Source: a virus
DNA: 64,000 nt
Strand: one strand, 5' to 3'
Virus record (IMG/VR): IMGVR_UViG_3300045988_072432
Part shown: positions 11,701 through 20,387 of the stretch, piece after piece
Position numbering within the stretch: the first letter of the stretch is position 1
Layout: each line of letters starts with the position of its first letter
Translations under genes and position numbers: made by a program
The notes under the pieces: generated by a model
What the model saw: the letters and a program-made list of their open reading frames with translations, nothing else
Told to the model about the DNA's origin: nothing
Database searches by the model: none

Positions 11701-11900
11701 TTAGCTTTTAACTCATCAGTGAAGTCATTCTTAGATAAGTCATATCCTTCCTTCTTATCTACCTTATTTTTGATAGAAAGTACGAAAGCCCAGAACTCAT
11801 TTATAGTTCCCCCAAAGCCAGCACGAACAAAGTCATCATAGTAACCCTGTAACAACCGCTGGTCAATCTCTTCGCAGGTGTAATATTTACTTACATACAT
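5760..11900 (-). CDS. tail fibre with C-terminal S74-type intramolecular chaperone
   Basis: 2046 aa. Three copies of the ...APEVLDTLKE(I/L)AxALGNDPNFATTIT fibre repeat. At least six xAGVMTAxDKxKLD motifs. Long coiled-coil ADTAL/DRxxAD heptads. C-terminal SDVRLKSNIKDL...GTIAQNLE matches the peptidase S74 autoproteolytic chaperone signature. Confidence 0.9.
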   Translation of the reverse strand: MYVSKYYTCEEIDQRLLQGYYDDFVRAGFGGTINEFWAFVLSIKNKVDKKEGYDLSKNDFTDELKAKLDGIEEHANYITKVSQLENDLKYQTEEEVKQMISDLVDGADDALDTLKELAEALGNDPNFATTITNKLTELRTALTEEVNRAKEAEAALGAAVAAVQDNLEYGLDQINKKIDTVKSDLKAEIDRVERKVDKNTDDIKDLNDKINNNNNKLENELKGLIQQEREERIAADAEIKESVNELKTLHINDKATLEAKIAEETANRTNADTVLDSKINEEITNRQSDTQALQSKIDQERVDRHSEDQVLHNDISKEVADRTNADNLLQSNIDKEAQARTSADQVLQNNIDSEATTRAAQDLVLDHKIEDIKLQGQADKAQLLEAIAAEAMARENADIDLDNQKVDKREGYSLTKNDFTDILKAKLDGIEEHANYITHLSQLINDSGFQTEDEVKAAIQEIVGAAPEVLDTLKEIADALGNDPNFATTITKKLAAITEQVNQEIEDRIAGDEANSAEVATETQARKDADIALEAKLKEYIDNKSATGDAAIGVVRDNLNKEIQDRKDADAAIKASLDKEIADRKTADDAYNVSLTNVNRRIAELALSIQDSINTLRNELTEQVNANTTAIATNTHNIERNSELITNLTKTVSDNYKEVKDMINEEIVDRTNADTALSSRIDNLNIDLNTERVERIAADQVLQVNLDKEIADRTAADNALSTEFTAKLDNTKQALESEVDKLNLKLDQEKEDRIAGDNALGTRIDSLEVGNTDAMNELKAKVNANTTAINAEKDRAIAKETTLEAKIDTNLQNHRDDMAGITRDMLTEKNERLAGDTLLQTNIDKEATDRANQDTLISNALAQEKADRIAADQALDNKKVDKVDGKVLSSNDFTDLLYAKLDGIEEHANYITKVSELLNDSDFQNAEQVEAAIQNIIGSAPEVLDTLAEIAKALGDDPNFAATITAKLTELENKLEAEKNLREQGDNTLQQSFTNLSTTLTTTVNELRTFVSETRTELLTSLNATNALVTQNTANIQRNLELIQGIQDNINGNYTAITDLLNNEIAARKAEDIRLEAKIDQNTSDLNTESEERKAADKVLQDNIDAEEAARTSADTALGKRIDKEIQDRTDADTALDNKFTNITDDHEERLVAEEATSDALPNTMVTGVSEISRDDSKLTFKVNTSTKDVSNNQYGESNEAIKELLPVTQSLAGVMTAADKIKLDGLDENSITGLSADSDAEKVTVTVTKDNGLNLDTTETFDLPQVSDTKAGTMTAKDKVELDRITTVNFALGDVTPNETSVGIAATKTVIEDGTVEQNPITLPASTAEKAGVQSAADKKLFDSLPEKFISYHRNPVPYSDHVDLVSLPSTFNRDTGVYELKGTDNISISKATKENAGVMTAVDKTNLDETLPNAIAQEIQDRKDAIEALDGKSEAALAEEVQARKDADTALDTKFTKAVNDEATARTSADTALGARIDKEISDRTAADTALDTKLQNNINALEAKHDAFVATKGQPDGFAPLDGNGLVPANHLPSYVDDIIEVYASYQMSNTGQLSDIELFSDPNYQTPIVGESGKIYVNVSEGEPSYQFRWSGNQFVDSNTSSLIIGQVQGTAFDGKRGKHLEDIIDSLSTEIVVDIKKPTCTSLNVTIPFDYTEKDRLSEIYETIVNKSITIPNVNSTYAGVMTAGDYSKLHTTLPNAIQTEEEARIAKDNEHDKLINSLPQEIMTVINGITQNTNNLGLKYFRWVKNTEEGSYSRGTDVNVTIPAATKTTAGVMTAADKTNLDNTVQGLANEITNRTNAINALRTELKTYVDDLIADTGSDVTALETKVNNHIANKSNPHAVTKTQVGLGNVNNTSDADKPVSTAQATAIADAKAAGTAAQTSINSHAGRRDNPHVVTRAQLSLATTDQVVFAKTTAPSGFFKESSDVRLKSNIKDLNHTLEQICQIPTKSFEMLGKEDEGTIAQNLEGLGFGKYVEEVPVEKSTVPNPEEFETLEINGEEYVLVKQVKYHKMSTLAIEGVKLLYDEIKALKAEIQELKNK
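9156..9203. repeat. 48-nt exact intragenic repeat, copy 1 (partner 11655..11702)
   Basis: agataccttagtgatgtagtttgcatgttcttcaatgccatcaagttt is identical at both sites. Confidence 0.9.
11655..11702. repeat. 48-nt exact intragenic repeat, copy 2
   Basis: Identical to 9156..9203. A further 35-nt exact pair lies at 10432..10466 / 11509..11543. Confidence 0.9.
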
Positions 11901-11911
11901 ATTTATAAAAT

Positions 11912-12337
11912 TTAAGGATTAATTACTGAACGTTGACGACCCAGTAAGAATTCCGAATCTATATCCCTGAATGGTTCTCCCTCTGAACCACAGAAGGCAT
12001 TCATTGGTATATTCGGATTTTCTGGATCTACATCTCCACCGTCTTCTATATCCCCCCGTATGCAAGCATAATCGGGAAGCTTATTTACACGGAATTTCAT
12101 TACCTGGCCTATACCAGGATGAGGTATTATTTTATCCCAGATATCACCGAAGTAATCTTGAAAGCAGGTGACAAATTTGTTTCCGGTCATCGATTGAAAT
12201 GCCGTTACATCGTTGCCATTACCTTTCATTTCAATATGAACTCCAGATGTACCATTAAGGATAACCAGATTACTATCAAACCAGATTCCACTGGAGGTAG
12301 TAATTGGGGTCCACCTCAGTACTAACATCTTTGCCAT
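11912..12337 (-). CDS. virion-module hypothetical protein
   Basis: 141-aa ORF between the connector genes and the fibre gene. Confidence 0.6.
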   Translation of the reverse strand: MAKMLVLRWTPITTSSGIWFDSNLVILNGTSGVHIEMKGNGNDVTAFQSMTGNKFVTCFQDYFGDIWDKIIPHPGIGQVMKFRVNKLPDYACIRGDIEDGGDVDPENPNIPMNAFCGSEGEPFRDIDSEFLLGRQRSVINP

Positions 12338-12349
12338 ACACTTAATGTT

Positions 12350-12826
12350 TTATTCTACAAATTCAATTTTGGTATCTCGGTCTCTCTTTAGGATAACCAT
12401 GAAAACTAGAGCCTCATCCTTTGCCTGAGCAGTTTGAGTGTCACCGGATGGTTTATACGTTATGCCATTGATTACGAACCTATCTTGTTCCCAATTAAAA
12501 TCCCAATATCCCTCAGAGGTAAGATAACCAATCTGTTCTATATAAGATTTAGAAATTAGTATTGATAAGTTTTCATCGTCCAATTCTCCAGTTACTGTAG
12601 CCTTATTAATTGGCCAGTTTCTGAAAGCATTGTAGTAACATAATGCCTCGATTTGGATATTGTAATACTTGGGTATACTATCTTCGGCATGACTGAGAAG
12701 TTGGTTAACATTTTTTGCCCAAGTTATGGTTTGTCTACCAGCATCCCAATCCAAGAAATCGGTGATAATTTTCTTGTATCTATCCCAAGAGCGGTTCTTT
12801 ACCATTCTCCATGGTTCTTTTGTCAT
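12350..12826 (-). CDS. virion-module hypothetical protein
   Basis: 158-aa ORF with a 4-nt overlap onto the upstream gene. Confidence 0.6.
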   Translation of the reverse strand: MTKEPWRMVKNRSWDRYKKIITDFLDWDAGRQTITWAKNVNQLLSHAEDSIPKYYNIQIEALCYYNAFRNWPINKATVTGELDDENLSILISKSYIEQIGYLTSEGYWDFNWEQDRFVINGITYKPSGDTQTAQAKDEALVFMVILKRDRDTKIEFVE

Positions 12827-13719
12827 AGTTTAGTTAAAATTGAGTCATTACCACCCTTTACTGGTGCACTTGGGTTAGGCCCATCTAATATACCAGGTTT
12901 TCTTCGGTTAACTACCCTTGGTATTACAGTTCTGAATACTTCATCACAGAACGGTAAGTAGATTTCCAATCGTGAAGCTAACATGCAAAGGTTCTTTCTT
13001 AATTCATCTATTAATCCACCCGGTTGCATTGCTTGAGAAAGTGTTTTCCATAGGGAACTTGTAGCATCTGCCAAGGTATCATAATATTGCACTTCAGTAG
13101 GCCCAGTAGTGATTTGTTTAATTCTATCACCTCGGGCAAGTTCTGGTTTAGAGGTACCATCACCGGTTTGTTCTTTGTTAGAAGTTAATTGACTTAAATA
13201 TTCAGAAGTACTCGTTAATAAGTTAAGTATCTTCACATTAAGAAAATCCCATGCTGCCAATTCCATTATTAATTGGTTTTCTAGTGCTTCATACCATAAT
13301 TCGTCAGTATATTTATCTGGTGGAATTGTATGATTTACTAGAGGTCCAATATAATATTGCCACTTGGTGATGTAAATGGATTTATCCTCTCGTGTCATAC
13401 CATCGGAGATTTCTGATGGAATATAATGGTCAATTAAATTATATATTGTATCGGCTAATGCCGTATGCCCATAATCACAAACTACCAGAGTCTTATCTAC
13501 GGTGATATCTAAACCGCTAGAGTTAGTTACATGTAATGTTACGGTATAGAAACCGGGAGCTTCATAAGAATAGGAAACATGTCTTCCACCATTGAAAACC
13601 TCTCCCTTATCATCGCCAAAGTCCCAGTCAAAAATAGATTTGGCCGGGACTTTGGATATGACTCTGAATGAAACTTCCAGACCTGACGTAACGTACAAAA
13701 AGTCCAGATTATTTTTCAT
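12823..13719 (-). CDS. PKD-domain structural protein
   Basis: N-terminal FDWDFGDDKGEVFNGGRHVSYSYEAPGFYTVTLHVTNSSG is a classic PKD-domain signature. Confidence 0.7.
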   Translation of the reverse strand: MKNNLDFLYVTSGLEVSFRVISKVPAKSIFDWDFGDDKGEVFNGGRHVSYSYEAPGFYTVTLHVTNSSGLDITVDKTLVVCDYGHTALADTIYNLIDHYIPSEISDGMTREDKSIYITKWQYYIGPLVNHTIPPDKYTDELWYEALENQLIMELAAWDFLNVKILNLLTSTSEYLSQLTSNKEQTGDGTSKPELARGDRIKQITTGPTEVQYYDTLADATSSLWKTLSQAMQPGGLIDELRKNLCMLASRLEIYLPFCDEVFRTVIPRVVNRRKPGILDGPNPSAPVKGGNDSILTKL

Positions 13720-13748
13720 ATTAGTCTGTCTTATGTAATTTTCATATA

Positions 13749-14153
13749 TTAACCTTTAGAAGAAGATTCAAATTCTTCCAGCAAAGCCTGGAGAAGTGTT
13801 TCTACTGTATCATCTTTCTCGGCAACGATTTCATGTAAACCAGCTACCAGCTTCAGTTCTTCAAGAGAATATCCCTTTGAAAGCTTTTCCAAAGTCATGC
13901 CCTTTTTAAACTGGGCATTTAACCTCTTGTCCAACTTTTCGATGTCAGCCTCAGAATACTTTTCGATTTCCGATTTATCAGCAATGATAATCAGATGACC
14001 CGAAGCAACAGCCTTCTGAATTTTCGGTGTACGGAATTGACGACGAGTGAGTTCTTTTTCTTCTCCTCTACAAATGGTAATACCAGTTGATTGGTCATGA
14101 AAACTGTAAGCTCTTGGTCCCACAGTTAATGTGTATTTATTATCTTTAGCCAT
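13749..14153 (-). CDS. head-module hypothetical protein
   Basis: 134-aa ORF directly downstream of the capsid gene. Has a helix-extension-helix-like C-terminus. Confidence 0.55.
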   Translation of the reverse strand: MAKDNKYTLTVGPRAYSFHDQSTGITICRGEEKELTRRQFRTPKIQKAVASGHLIIIADKSEIEKYSEADIEKLDKRLNAQFKKGMTLEKLSKGYSLEELKLVAGLHEIVAEKDDTVETLLQALLEEFESSSKG

Positions 14154-14184
14154 ATTTCCTAAGATTAAAATAAAAGTTGATTAA

Positions 14185-14220
14185 AGAGGGGGATGGGTCT
14201 TTTTAGTTACCCACCCTCTC
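14185..14220 (-). terminator. imperfect hairpin after the capsid gene
   Basis: agagggggatgggt ... acccaccctct inverted repeat, followed by a T-rich run on the minus strand. Confidence 0.4.
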
Positions 14221-14251
14221 TGGGAATTTATATAGATGAAACCGGACGTTC

Positions 14252-15373
14252 TTATTCAAGATTAACCATCAGGTAAGGATCTACGTTCATGAATTCTGGG
14301 AATCCGAATTCGGAGAACTTCTTATCTGCAGCCAGCAACAGAGCAGCATCTTGGTACATCTTGGAGAAGCCAGTAGTTAAGCTTGCATAAACAGCCTCAG
14401 TTTGGTTAGAAACGATTCTTTCAGATTCCAACATCAATTGACGAGCGGTAAGCTTAATCAAGGCAGCAGATGTATCAATTAACAATAATTGCTGATCTGG
14501 AGTGCCCGGGTGAATATAGAAGTCAGCATTCTTGGGAACCGGAGACTTCACATTCAGTGTAGCTTCAGTTGTACCAGAATGACGATCTTTGAATTCTGGC
14601 AAGTTCAACATTTCAATTGCCTGATCTTCACCACCAATCATAGTAGTAAAGTTACGTCCCATACGAGCAGCACGAACCCAAATATGCAATAGATCCTTGT
14701 AAGTAATGCCATTGGTTGTTTCGTATACACCAATTACTGGGGCAGACTCAGAGCCATCAGGGTTGTTACCATTGATAGCCACGTCCATAGCCAGAGTATC
14801 CAAAGCATAACCCAACTGAACACCAAAGTCACGAAGATAGATCCCCAAGACATCGAGTGAAACATAGTTACGAACTTCATCAGTAAGTTTGAAACCCTTT
14901 CCGATTTTGAAGAGGCTAACTGATTTTTGTCCGAAACTAACATCACCCAAGGGAATAGTTTCTGCTTCGTTAACCTTTGCAGGAGCAGCATCCGACATAT
15001 TAACCATCGGCATAATTGCTTGCAATCCGTTAATGGATTGGTCTGAAGCGATGATGTTCGGATAGAACGGTGCTTGACGCATGCCCAGAGTGATAGCAGC
15101 ACGGATAATCTCCGGAACAATCCAACGGATATTCTGCTGAGGCATAGTAAAGATGTTCTGCATGGTATCAACCTTTGGATTGATGCCCACCTTTTCGAAG
15201 AGTTCATCCTGTGAAATTCCCCATTTACCTGTAACCAATTCTTCAAAGGTTACTTCTACAGGCTTCTTATCCTGTGAACCGGAACGAACAGCTTCCAAGC
15301 TTCTTACCATTTCCGGCAGCTCATTCATAAAGTCCTGAGCCTTCATTTTTGTAATATCAATCTTATTTTCCAT
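14252..15373 (-). CDS. major capsid protein (HK97-fold, putative)
   Basis: 373 aa. Sits in the protease / small cement-like gene / capsid order and is followed by a hairpin. Called from size and synteny only. Confidence 0.65.
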   Translation of the reverse strand: MENKIDITKMKAQDFMNELPEMVRSLEAVRSGSQDKKPVEVTFEELVTGKWGISQDELFEKVGINPKVDTMQNIFTMPQQNIRWIVPEIIRAAITLGMRQAPFYPNIIASDQSINGLQAIMPMVNMSDAAPAKVNEAETIPLGDVSFGQKSVSLFKIGKGFKLTDEVRNYVSLDVLGIYLRDFGVQLGYALDTLAMDVAINGNNPDGSESAPVIGVYETTNGITYKDLLHIWVRAARMGRNFTTMIGGEDQAIEMLNLPEFKDRHSGTTEATLNVKSPVPKNADFYIHPGTPDQQLLLIDTSAALIKLTARQLMLESERIVSNQTEAVYASLTTGFSKMYQDAALLLAADKKFSEFGFPEFMNVDPYLMVNLE

Positions 15374-15387
15374 AACTTTCTTTTCTC

Positions 15388-15858
15388 TTATTTAATGAGT
15401 ACTTGGATTACCTCATTTGCCTCCTCTGCAGGATTGAGGGCAATGAACGGAGTTGAAATACCTTGATTAGCCTTAACGAAACGGTCGTTAAGCAATGCTC
15501 CATCGGGAGTTACATAGCCAGCTTCGATAGTTCCGTTTGATACCCAGTTACAAATCATATAACCTTCTACAGCCACGGTTACTTCTACTGGGAAGTTTCT
15601 TTGAGGCTGATAAGCCGGGTTAACGTTATCCGTTACTGCCACACCCAAGTAAACTTGAGTAGACGGGTCAGTACAAGGGTAGATCAAACCGTCTTCATTT
15701 AAAGCTACCGGCATACCTTGTACAATTTTCTCTCCAGCTTTAACATTGAAAGCCTGATGCAATTTGTGGGATTCACTCTTGTAAATCACCGCTCTCGGAG
15801 TTCTTTCCCCAAAGAGAGTAAGTTGCTGAGGATCGTTTACGATTTTCGTTGTTTCCAT
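15388..15858 (-). CDS. capsid decoration/cement-like protein (putative)
   Basis: 156 aa between protease and capsid gene. The Gly/Val pattern (KAGEKIVQGMPVALNEDGLIY...LGVAV) resembles DUF2190-type proteins. Confidence 0.4.
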   Translation of the reverse strand: METTKIVNDPQQLTLFGERTPRAVIYKSESHKLHQAFNVKAGEKIVQGMPVALNEDGLIYPCTDPSTQVYLGVAVTDNVNPAYQPQRNFPVEVTVAVEGYMICNWVSNGTIEAGYVTPDGALLNDRFVKANQGISTPFIALNPAEEANEVIQVLIK

Positions 15859-15881
15859 AATGCGGATATTTATATAATAAC

Positions 15882-17399
15882 TTATTTAATTTTGTTTCGA
15901 TACAAATTATCGATCACATTCTTAGTACTCGGTAATTCGGAATTCTTGGTTGTGTCTGCACCGTCGGTAGTTTTTTTACCTTGAGTATCATCTTCAGTAA
16001 CTGAAGAAGCACGGTTAACATCCTTAGAACCACACTTAGAGCAGGTGAGAGGGAACTTCTCTTCCAAGCGAGCTTGGTAATCCTTAGTCAAGGAAACAAG
16101 AGTAGTAATACCAGTTGTTTCTGCATTAAGCATTGTAACAATGGTTTCATCAGCATTATCACCCATCAACTTTTTGTAGGTTGCTACTGCATCTTCACGA
16201 AGAGAAGCAATATGATTCTTTCCTACAGTTGCCATCTCTTTCAGATTAGCCACTTCTGCATTCAGGTTAGTAACCTGTTCCGTAAGAGAATTTTTCTCTG
16301 TAGTAAGGTTATCTACTGAAGTTTGCAGTTCATTTCTGGATGATACCAAACTTTGAATGCAGGCAACTACTGTTTCCTGATTCATTTCTTTACCTTCCTC
16401 AAGGGTAAGCAGATTATCCCCGAAGAGGCTCTCTAGAAATTTTTGTAATTCGTTCATACTATTTTTTTCGTTTGATTGATTATCCTTGGCATCATTATCA
16501 TTAAAAGAACCTTGAGTATCGTCCTTTTCTTGATAAGAAGTTAGGTCAGATTTATAATCGGTAAAGAAGTATTGCTTCGATTTATCGTCTCTGTATTCTT
16601 CATAAGATGCCCAAGTTCTTTTAGCAAAGGTAGGATTAATAATCTTACCATCAGAACCGATTTTTTGAGCAAAAGAATCAGCTCCATGAGATACCAATGA
16701 AGTCTCCAGGTAACGAACTATCTCAGTAACCATTCTACGTACCATCACTCCCTTAGAATCATAGGTACCGAGTTTCTGATAGAATTCGTTGTCCTCCATT
16801 TGGGGATGTGATTTATCCCACTTGAATTGTACTGTGACAGAGTTACTGTGAATTGAGGGTGGTTCCATAAGTATACCTCTAGCAATCCTTGGATTGGCTT
16901 TACCATCAATTTTCAGAATACCGTTGATACCTGCAGGTATAGTGAAACTTCCATCTTTGTAAGACTCTTGCCACATTACCTGAGATACAGCACCAATAGC
17001 ATTACCTATGTTAGTTTCATGGTCACAGTTTACTGTTTGACCAAGTAACATTTTCATAGAAGCTTTCAATACTCCATTTTGACCAAAGTCTGTAGGATTC
17101 CAATTCTTAGATACAATCGTTTCCGAAAGTAATCTGAACATAGGTTCAATGAACTCTTCATCCTTAGGAGTTAATTCCGATTTATCCAGGTTAGGATAAT
17201 AGGTATTATAATCTATATCCCCTCCCCAAAATCCAAATTGAGCAATGGAGTCCGGTGTAGGATTCTTCCATTTATAGTAATTCTCTGAGAAAGTCTGGGC
17301 TCCCACTGCTTCTGGTATATAACCAGCCATAATGGTATGGCCTTGACCTATCACCATAGAATCAAGATGCTCTTTGTTTTTCTTTGTAAATTTACTCAT
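15882..17399 (-). CDS. prohead protease fused to a scaffold-like coiled coil (putative)
   Basis: NCDHETNIGNAIG (His), SNSVTVQF (Ser) and LETSLVSHGADSFA resemble HK97-family protease blocks. The C-terminal half is coiled coil with a CxxC. Lies between portal and capsid genes. Confidence 0.5.
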   Translation of the reverse strand: MSKFTKKNKEHLDSMVIGQGHTIMAGYIPEAVGAQTFSENYYKWKNPTPDSIAQFGFWGGDIDYNTYYPNLDKSELTPKDEEFIEPMFRLLSETIVSKNWNPTDFGQNGVLKASMKMLLGQTVNCDHETNIGNAIGAVSQVMWQESYKDGSFTIPAGINGILKIDGKANPRIARGILMEPPSIHSNSVTVQFKWDKSHPQMEDNEFYQKLGTYDSKGVMVRRMVTEIVRYLETSLVSHGADSFAQKIGSDGKIINPTFAKRTWASYEEYRDDKSKQYFFTDYKSDLTSYQEKDDTQGSFNDNDAKDNQSNEKNSMNELQKFLESLFGDNLLTLEEGKEMNQETVVACIQSLVSSRNELQTSVDNLTTEKNSLTEQVTNLNAEVANLKEMATVGKNHIASLREDAVATYKKLMGDNADETIVTMLNAETTGITTLVSLTKDYQARLEEKFPLTCSKCGSKDVNRASSVTEDDTQGKKTTDGADTTKNSELPSTKNVIDNLYRNKIK

Positions 17400-18886
17400 C
17401 TTGGTTTAGTATTTTGGTCTCCTCGAGAAGGAGCCGGGTTATTCTTATCTCTTGACCTACGAGCAGATTGGTTTTTATCATCCTGCCTTTGTTTCTTTTT
17501 AGTTCCCTCTTGAGGATCTGAATTACCACCTTTAGCAAATTGATCTTCCAATGAAACTCTTGGTTCTTTCTCATCCGGGGAATCATAGCCCATTGCCCAA
17601 GCATACTGTTCTTGGCTAATAATACCAGCCTTATACAGTAAGTCAAGGTTCTGTATCTTATACTGAAGACCCTGTTGGATTTTAACTTCATCAGAAACTG
17701 TAGAAGTTCCCCAATCAATCTTCATTCCCTTATTATTAAATCCTGCCAGACGCAGTTCTAGAGAATAAAGTCGATCTAATACATAAGCTACAAGCATTTG
17801 GATATTTTTTAACTGGCTAATCATCTTAGACAGCATTATACCCGTTGCCCCTTCACCAGTAGTAGCAGATACTCCAATGATAGAGCCATTAACTCCCAAA
17901 CCATTAGCCACGGATTGTTGATTCATATTCCAAGGCTTTTCGATATTACCAAGTTCTTTGGTAGTAGAGTTGAGTTTAAATTCGTGGTCATCAATATAAC
18001 CCGCAACAACCCCATCCTTCATGCCATCCTTAACATTACGTTTTAAAAGATTGAGCTCTCGGTTTAGTCTAGATTCGTAGGCATTTATACTTTCGTTAGC
18101 CCTTTGAGGGGATTTCTGCATTTTAGCTTCAAGAAAACCCACCATACCACAAATCTCCATGATATGTTTGAAATTAATCTTCATATCATTTTGACCCTTG
18201 AGAGAATCTAAGGCAGGCATAAAGGGAGGAACTCCATAGGGTTCATCTGTATCATTGAACATACCAACATAGAAATAAGTTTCTGGGTTAAGCTTAATGT
18301 AATCTTGTTGCTTGTTCCAGTAATTATGATTCTTTTGATAAGGATGATACACCCCATTTAATTCACGTTTAAACTTGATATATTCTGGTTTAAGGAATAA
18401 TACCGTAGCCAAACCATCTAGTTTATCATTGGGAACTCCCTCTACAGATATTGCTCCACTTACAAGAAGTTGAACAATCATTTTGTTAACTAAACCATCT
18501 ATACCGGCAGTATATCTGGTCCATCCTTTGGTTGCTTTTTTAAGATGGTCTCTCATCTTAGAAGCCTCTTCATCGGTATTGTTTGGAAAGGTTACTGTAT
18601 GACTGGTGTTAGCTAACTTAAACATATCTTGCAATGCAATGCCCATATCCGGATTTACTTTATATAAATCTCGGATTAAAGGTATTACATCAACACGAAA
18701 AGAGGGCTCGACTAATTTAGTCAACCCATGTAATGATGTGATTAAGTTATCGCTATCATCGTCAACTGAAACTCTACCAGGTGATATCGGAGTGGTAGGC
18801 TTTTGCTCTTTATTAGAGGAGGTACCATCTTTGGGAGGGTCCTTCTTACGTCCCCAAACCCAATTAAAATTGAAGTACTTTTTCAT
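17396..18886 (-). CDS. portal protein (putative)
   Basis: 496 aa. ATGA-coupled to TerL upstream and to the protease downstream. Basic C-terminal tail. Called on synteny and size. Confidence 0.6.
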   Translation of the reverse strand: MKKYFNFNWVWGRKKDPPKDGTSSNKEQKPTTPISPGRVSVDDDSDNLITSLHGLTKLVEPSFRVDVIPLIRDLYKVNPDMGIALQDMFKLANTSHTVTFPNNTDEEASKMRDHLKKATKGWTRYTAGIDGLVNKMIVQLLVSGAISVEGVPNDKLDGLATVLFLKPEYIKFKRELNGVYHPYQKNHNYWNKQQDYIKLNPETYFYVGMFNDTDEPYGVPPFMPALDSLKGQNDMKINFKHIMEICGMVGFLEAKMQKSPQRANESINAYESRLNRELNLLKRNVKDGMKDGVVAGYIDDHEFKLNSTTKELGNIEKPWNMNQQSVANGLGVNGSIIGVSATTGEGATGIMLSKMISQLKNIQMLVAYVLDRLYSLELRLAGFNNKGMKIDWGTSTVSDEVKIQQGLQYKIQNLDLLYKAGIISQEQYAWAMGYDSPDEKEPRVSLEDQFAKGGNSDPQEGTKKKQRQDDKNQSARRSRDKNNPAPSRGDQNTKPR

Positions 18887-20385
18887 CTTGGTTGTACGAT
18901 TACGTTAGTTTTTCCTTTCCTTATGTGATTGCATATTGCTTTTCCAAATATATCATCATCTGAGTATACGTCTCCTTCAAGGTCTACATCAACAGCAGAA
19001 TTATTTGCTCTATGTTTACCCATTGCAACAGGCCTACCTAAACCATCATAGATGAAAGTATAAGCTTCCTGAACAAAAAATGGGTCCTTTATGATTACGT
19101 TATCATTTCTGATATCTTCTTCTAAGTTTTCTATTATCACTGAACGATTCTTTTGTGTAGTTAACCAACCAGGAGATTGGTCCATTTCTGGTCTACTCTT
19201 TCCCTTTTTCTTAAGCATTTTTTGGTAGTAGTACAGCTTTGGATAACCTTCATCTTGAAGTTTAGAGGTTACTGCTAAACCCACATCATTAGATTCCGGA
19301 GCTATAGTAGCCCAATTATACAATTGCCCGGTATCTCCAAGTAATTTAGCATAAGCCCCTACTGCCATTCTTCCCTTATATATTGCTTGTTCTTCTCCTA
19401 GCTTATCCATACAAGTGAATGAGGAATAGTCAGAAGCTCTACCAGTTGCAACGTCAGCACCAATGAAATATTCTTTGTCAGATTCTGGTTCACAGAATTG
19501 CCTGTATTGACCATTGAATCTTTTCTTTATTACTGGATAATCACTAAGGCAGTCTTCGATAGCCTTAATATCAGCTAAATCGAAGACTGTATTACCTGAT
19601 GACAAGAAGTCACCGTCTATTTCTTGTGCTGTTCGTTTTGCACCCAAAGCAGAAGACATTTGGTTATACCAATTTATATCTCGTTCCGGGTGCATCTGCC
19701 AGTATAATCGAATGGGATTGAAGGGGTTACCTCCAGCAATGGCATCTACCCAAGTTGAATGATAAAAGTTACCAACTCCATAAGGAGTGGAATTGACGAT
19801 GGCAGCTCCACCAGTGGAAAGAGTAGGAAAAGCAGCAGCCCAAATTTGAGCAGCCCATCTAACTACTGCTGCCTCGTCAATTACCAAAAGGGAAAGAGAT
19901 TCCGAACGACCGGCTTCGGATGATGTCGGAATTGATTCAATAAAAGACCCATTATCAAATTCTATCATGGATGCTGATCCGTATTCACCAGCCCTACCGT
20001 TTATAATGGGAGTTTGAAGGTACCAGGGTAGATTTTTGTACATGAACTTAATCTTCTTAAGTACTTTTTTAGCAGTGGTATCCTTGATAGAAATAATGTT
20101 TATCTTTTTGTTGGGATGGTACATCGCCAACCAAAGACAGTACATAGAAATCAATTCTGTAATACCTGCCTGACGAAATTTCAAAATGATATTGAAACGT
20201 TGAGCAATAAAATTATACAAAACCGATTTTTGAAATGGGTAAAGTTCGAACCTTACCTTTCCCCTTACTGGATGTATCACATAACAGAAAAGACTGAAAA
20301 AGAAAACATCTACTGTAACCCTTGAAAGATTTGATAACTCTTCTCGAGTTAAAGTAGTTCTAGTTTCTGAGATAGTCTTTGCCAT
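18883..20385 (-). CDS. terL: terminase large subunit
   Basis: YPFQK...KFRQAGITE (Walker A-like), LLVIDEAA (Walker B), and IGADVATGRASDYSSF (RNase H-like nuclease Asp). Confidence 0.85.
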   Translation of the reverse strand: MAKTISETRTTLTREELSNLSRVTVDVFFFSLFCYVIHPVRGKVRFELYPFQKSVLYNFIAQRFNIILKFRQAGITELISMYCLWLAMYHPNKKINIISIKDTTAKKVLKKIKFMYKNLPWYLQTPIINGRAGEYGSASMIEFDNGSFIESIPTSSEAGRSESLSLLVIDEAAVVRWAAQIWAAAFPTLSTGGAAIVNSTPYGVGNFYHSTWVDAIAGGNPFNPIRLYWQMHPERDINWYNQMSSALGAKRTAQEIDGDFLSSGNTVFDLADIKAIEDCLSDYPVIKKRFNGQYRQFCEPESDKEYFIGADVATGRASDYSSFTCMDKLGEEQAIYKGRMAVGAYAKLLGDTGQLYNWATIAPESNDVGLAVTSKLQDEGYPKLYYYQKMLKKKGKSRPEMDQSPGWLTTQKNRSVIIENLEEDIRNDNVIIKDPFFVQEAYTFIYDGLGRPVAMGKHRANNSAVDVDLEGDVYSDDDIFGKAICNHIRKGKTNVIVQPR

Positions 20386-20387
20386 AT

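Noticed and set aside
14489-15338. Alternative-frame ORFs inside the capsid gene (14734..15246 at 170 aa, 14489..14692, 15153..15338).
   Set aside because: They are nested in or antisense to the 373-aa ORF, which fits the protease-capsid synteny. No independent start context.
17392-17718. 108-aa ORF overlapping the portal 3' end, plus similar nested ORFs (31515..31796, 32655..32858, 35382..35591, 40639..40845, 52358..52591, 57599..57814, 59660..59851, 60771..60995, 63544..63732).
   Set aside because: Each is fully nested in an alternative frame of a longer ORF that has recognisable motifs or operon fit.
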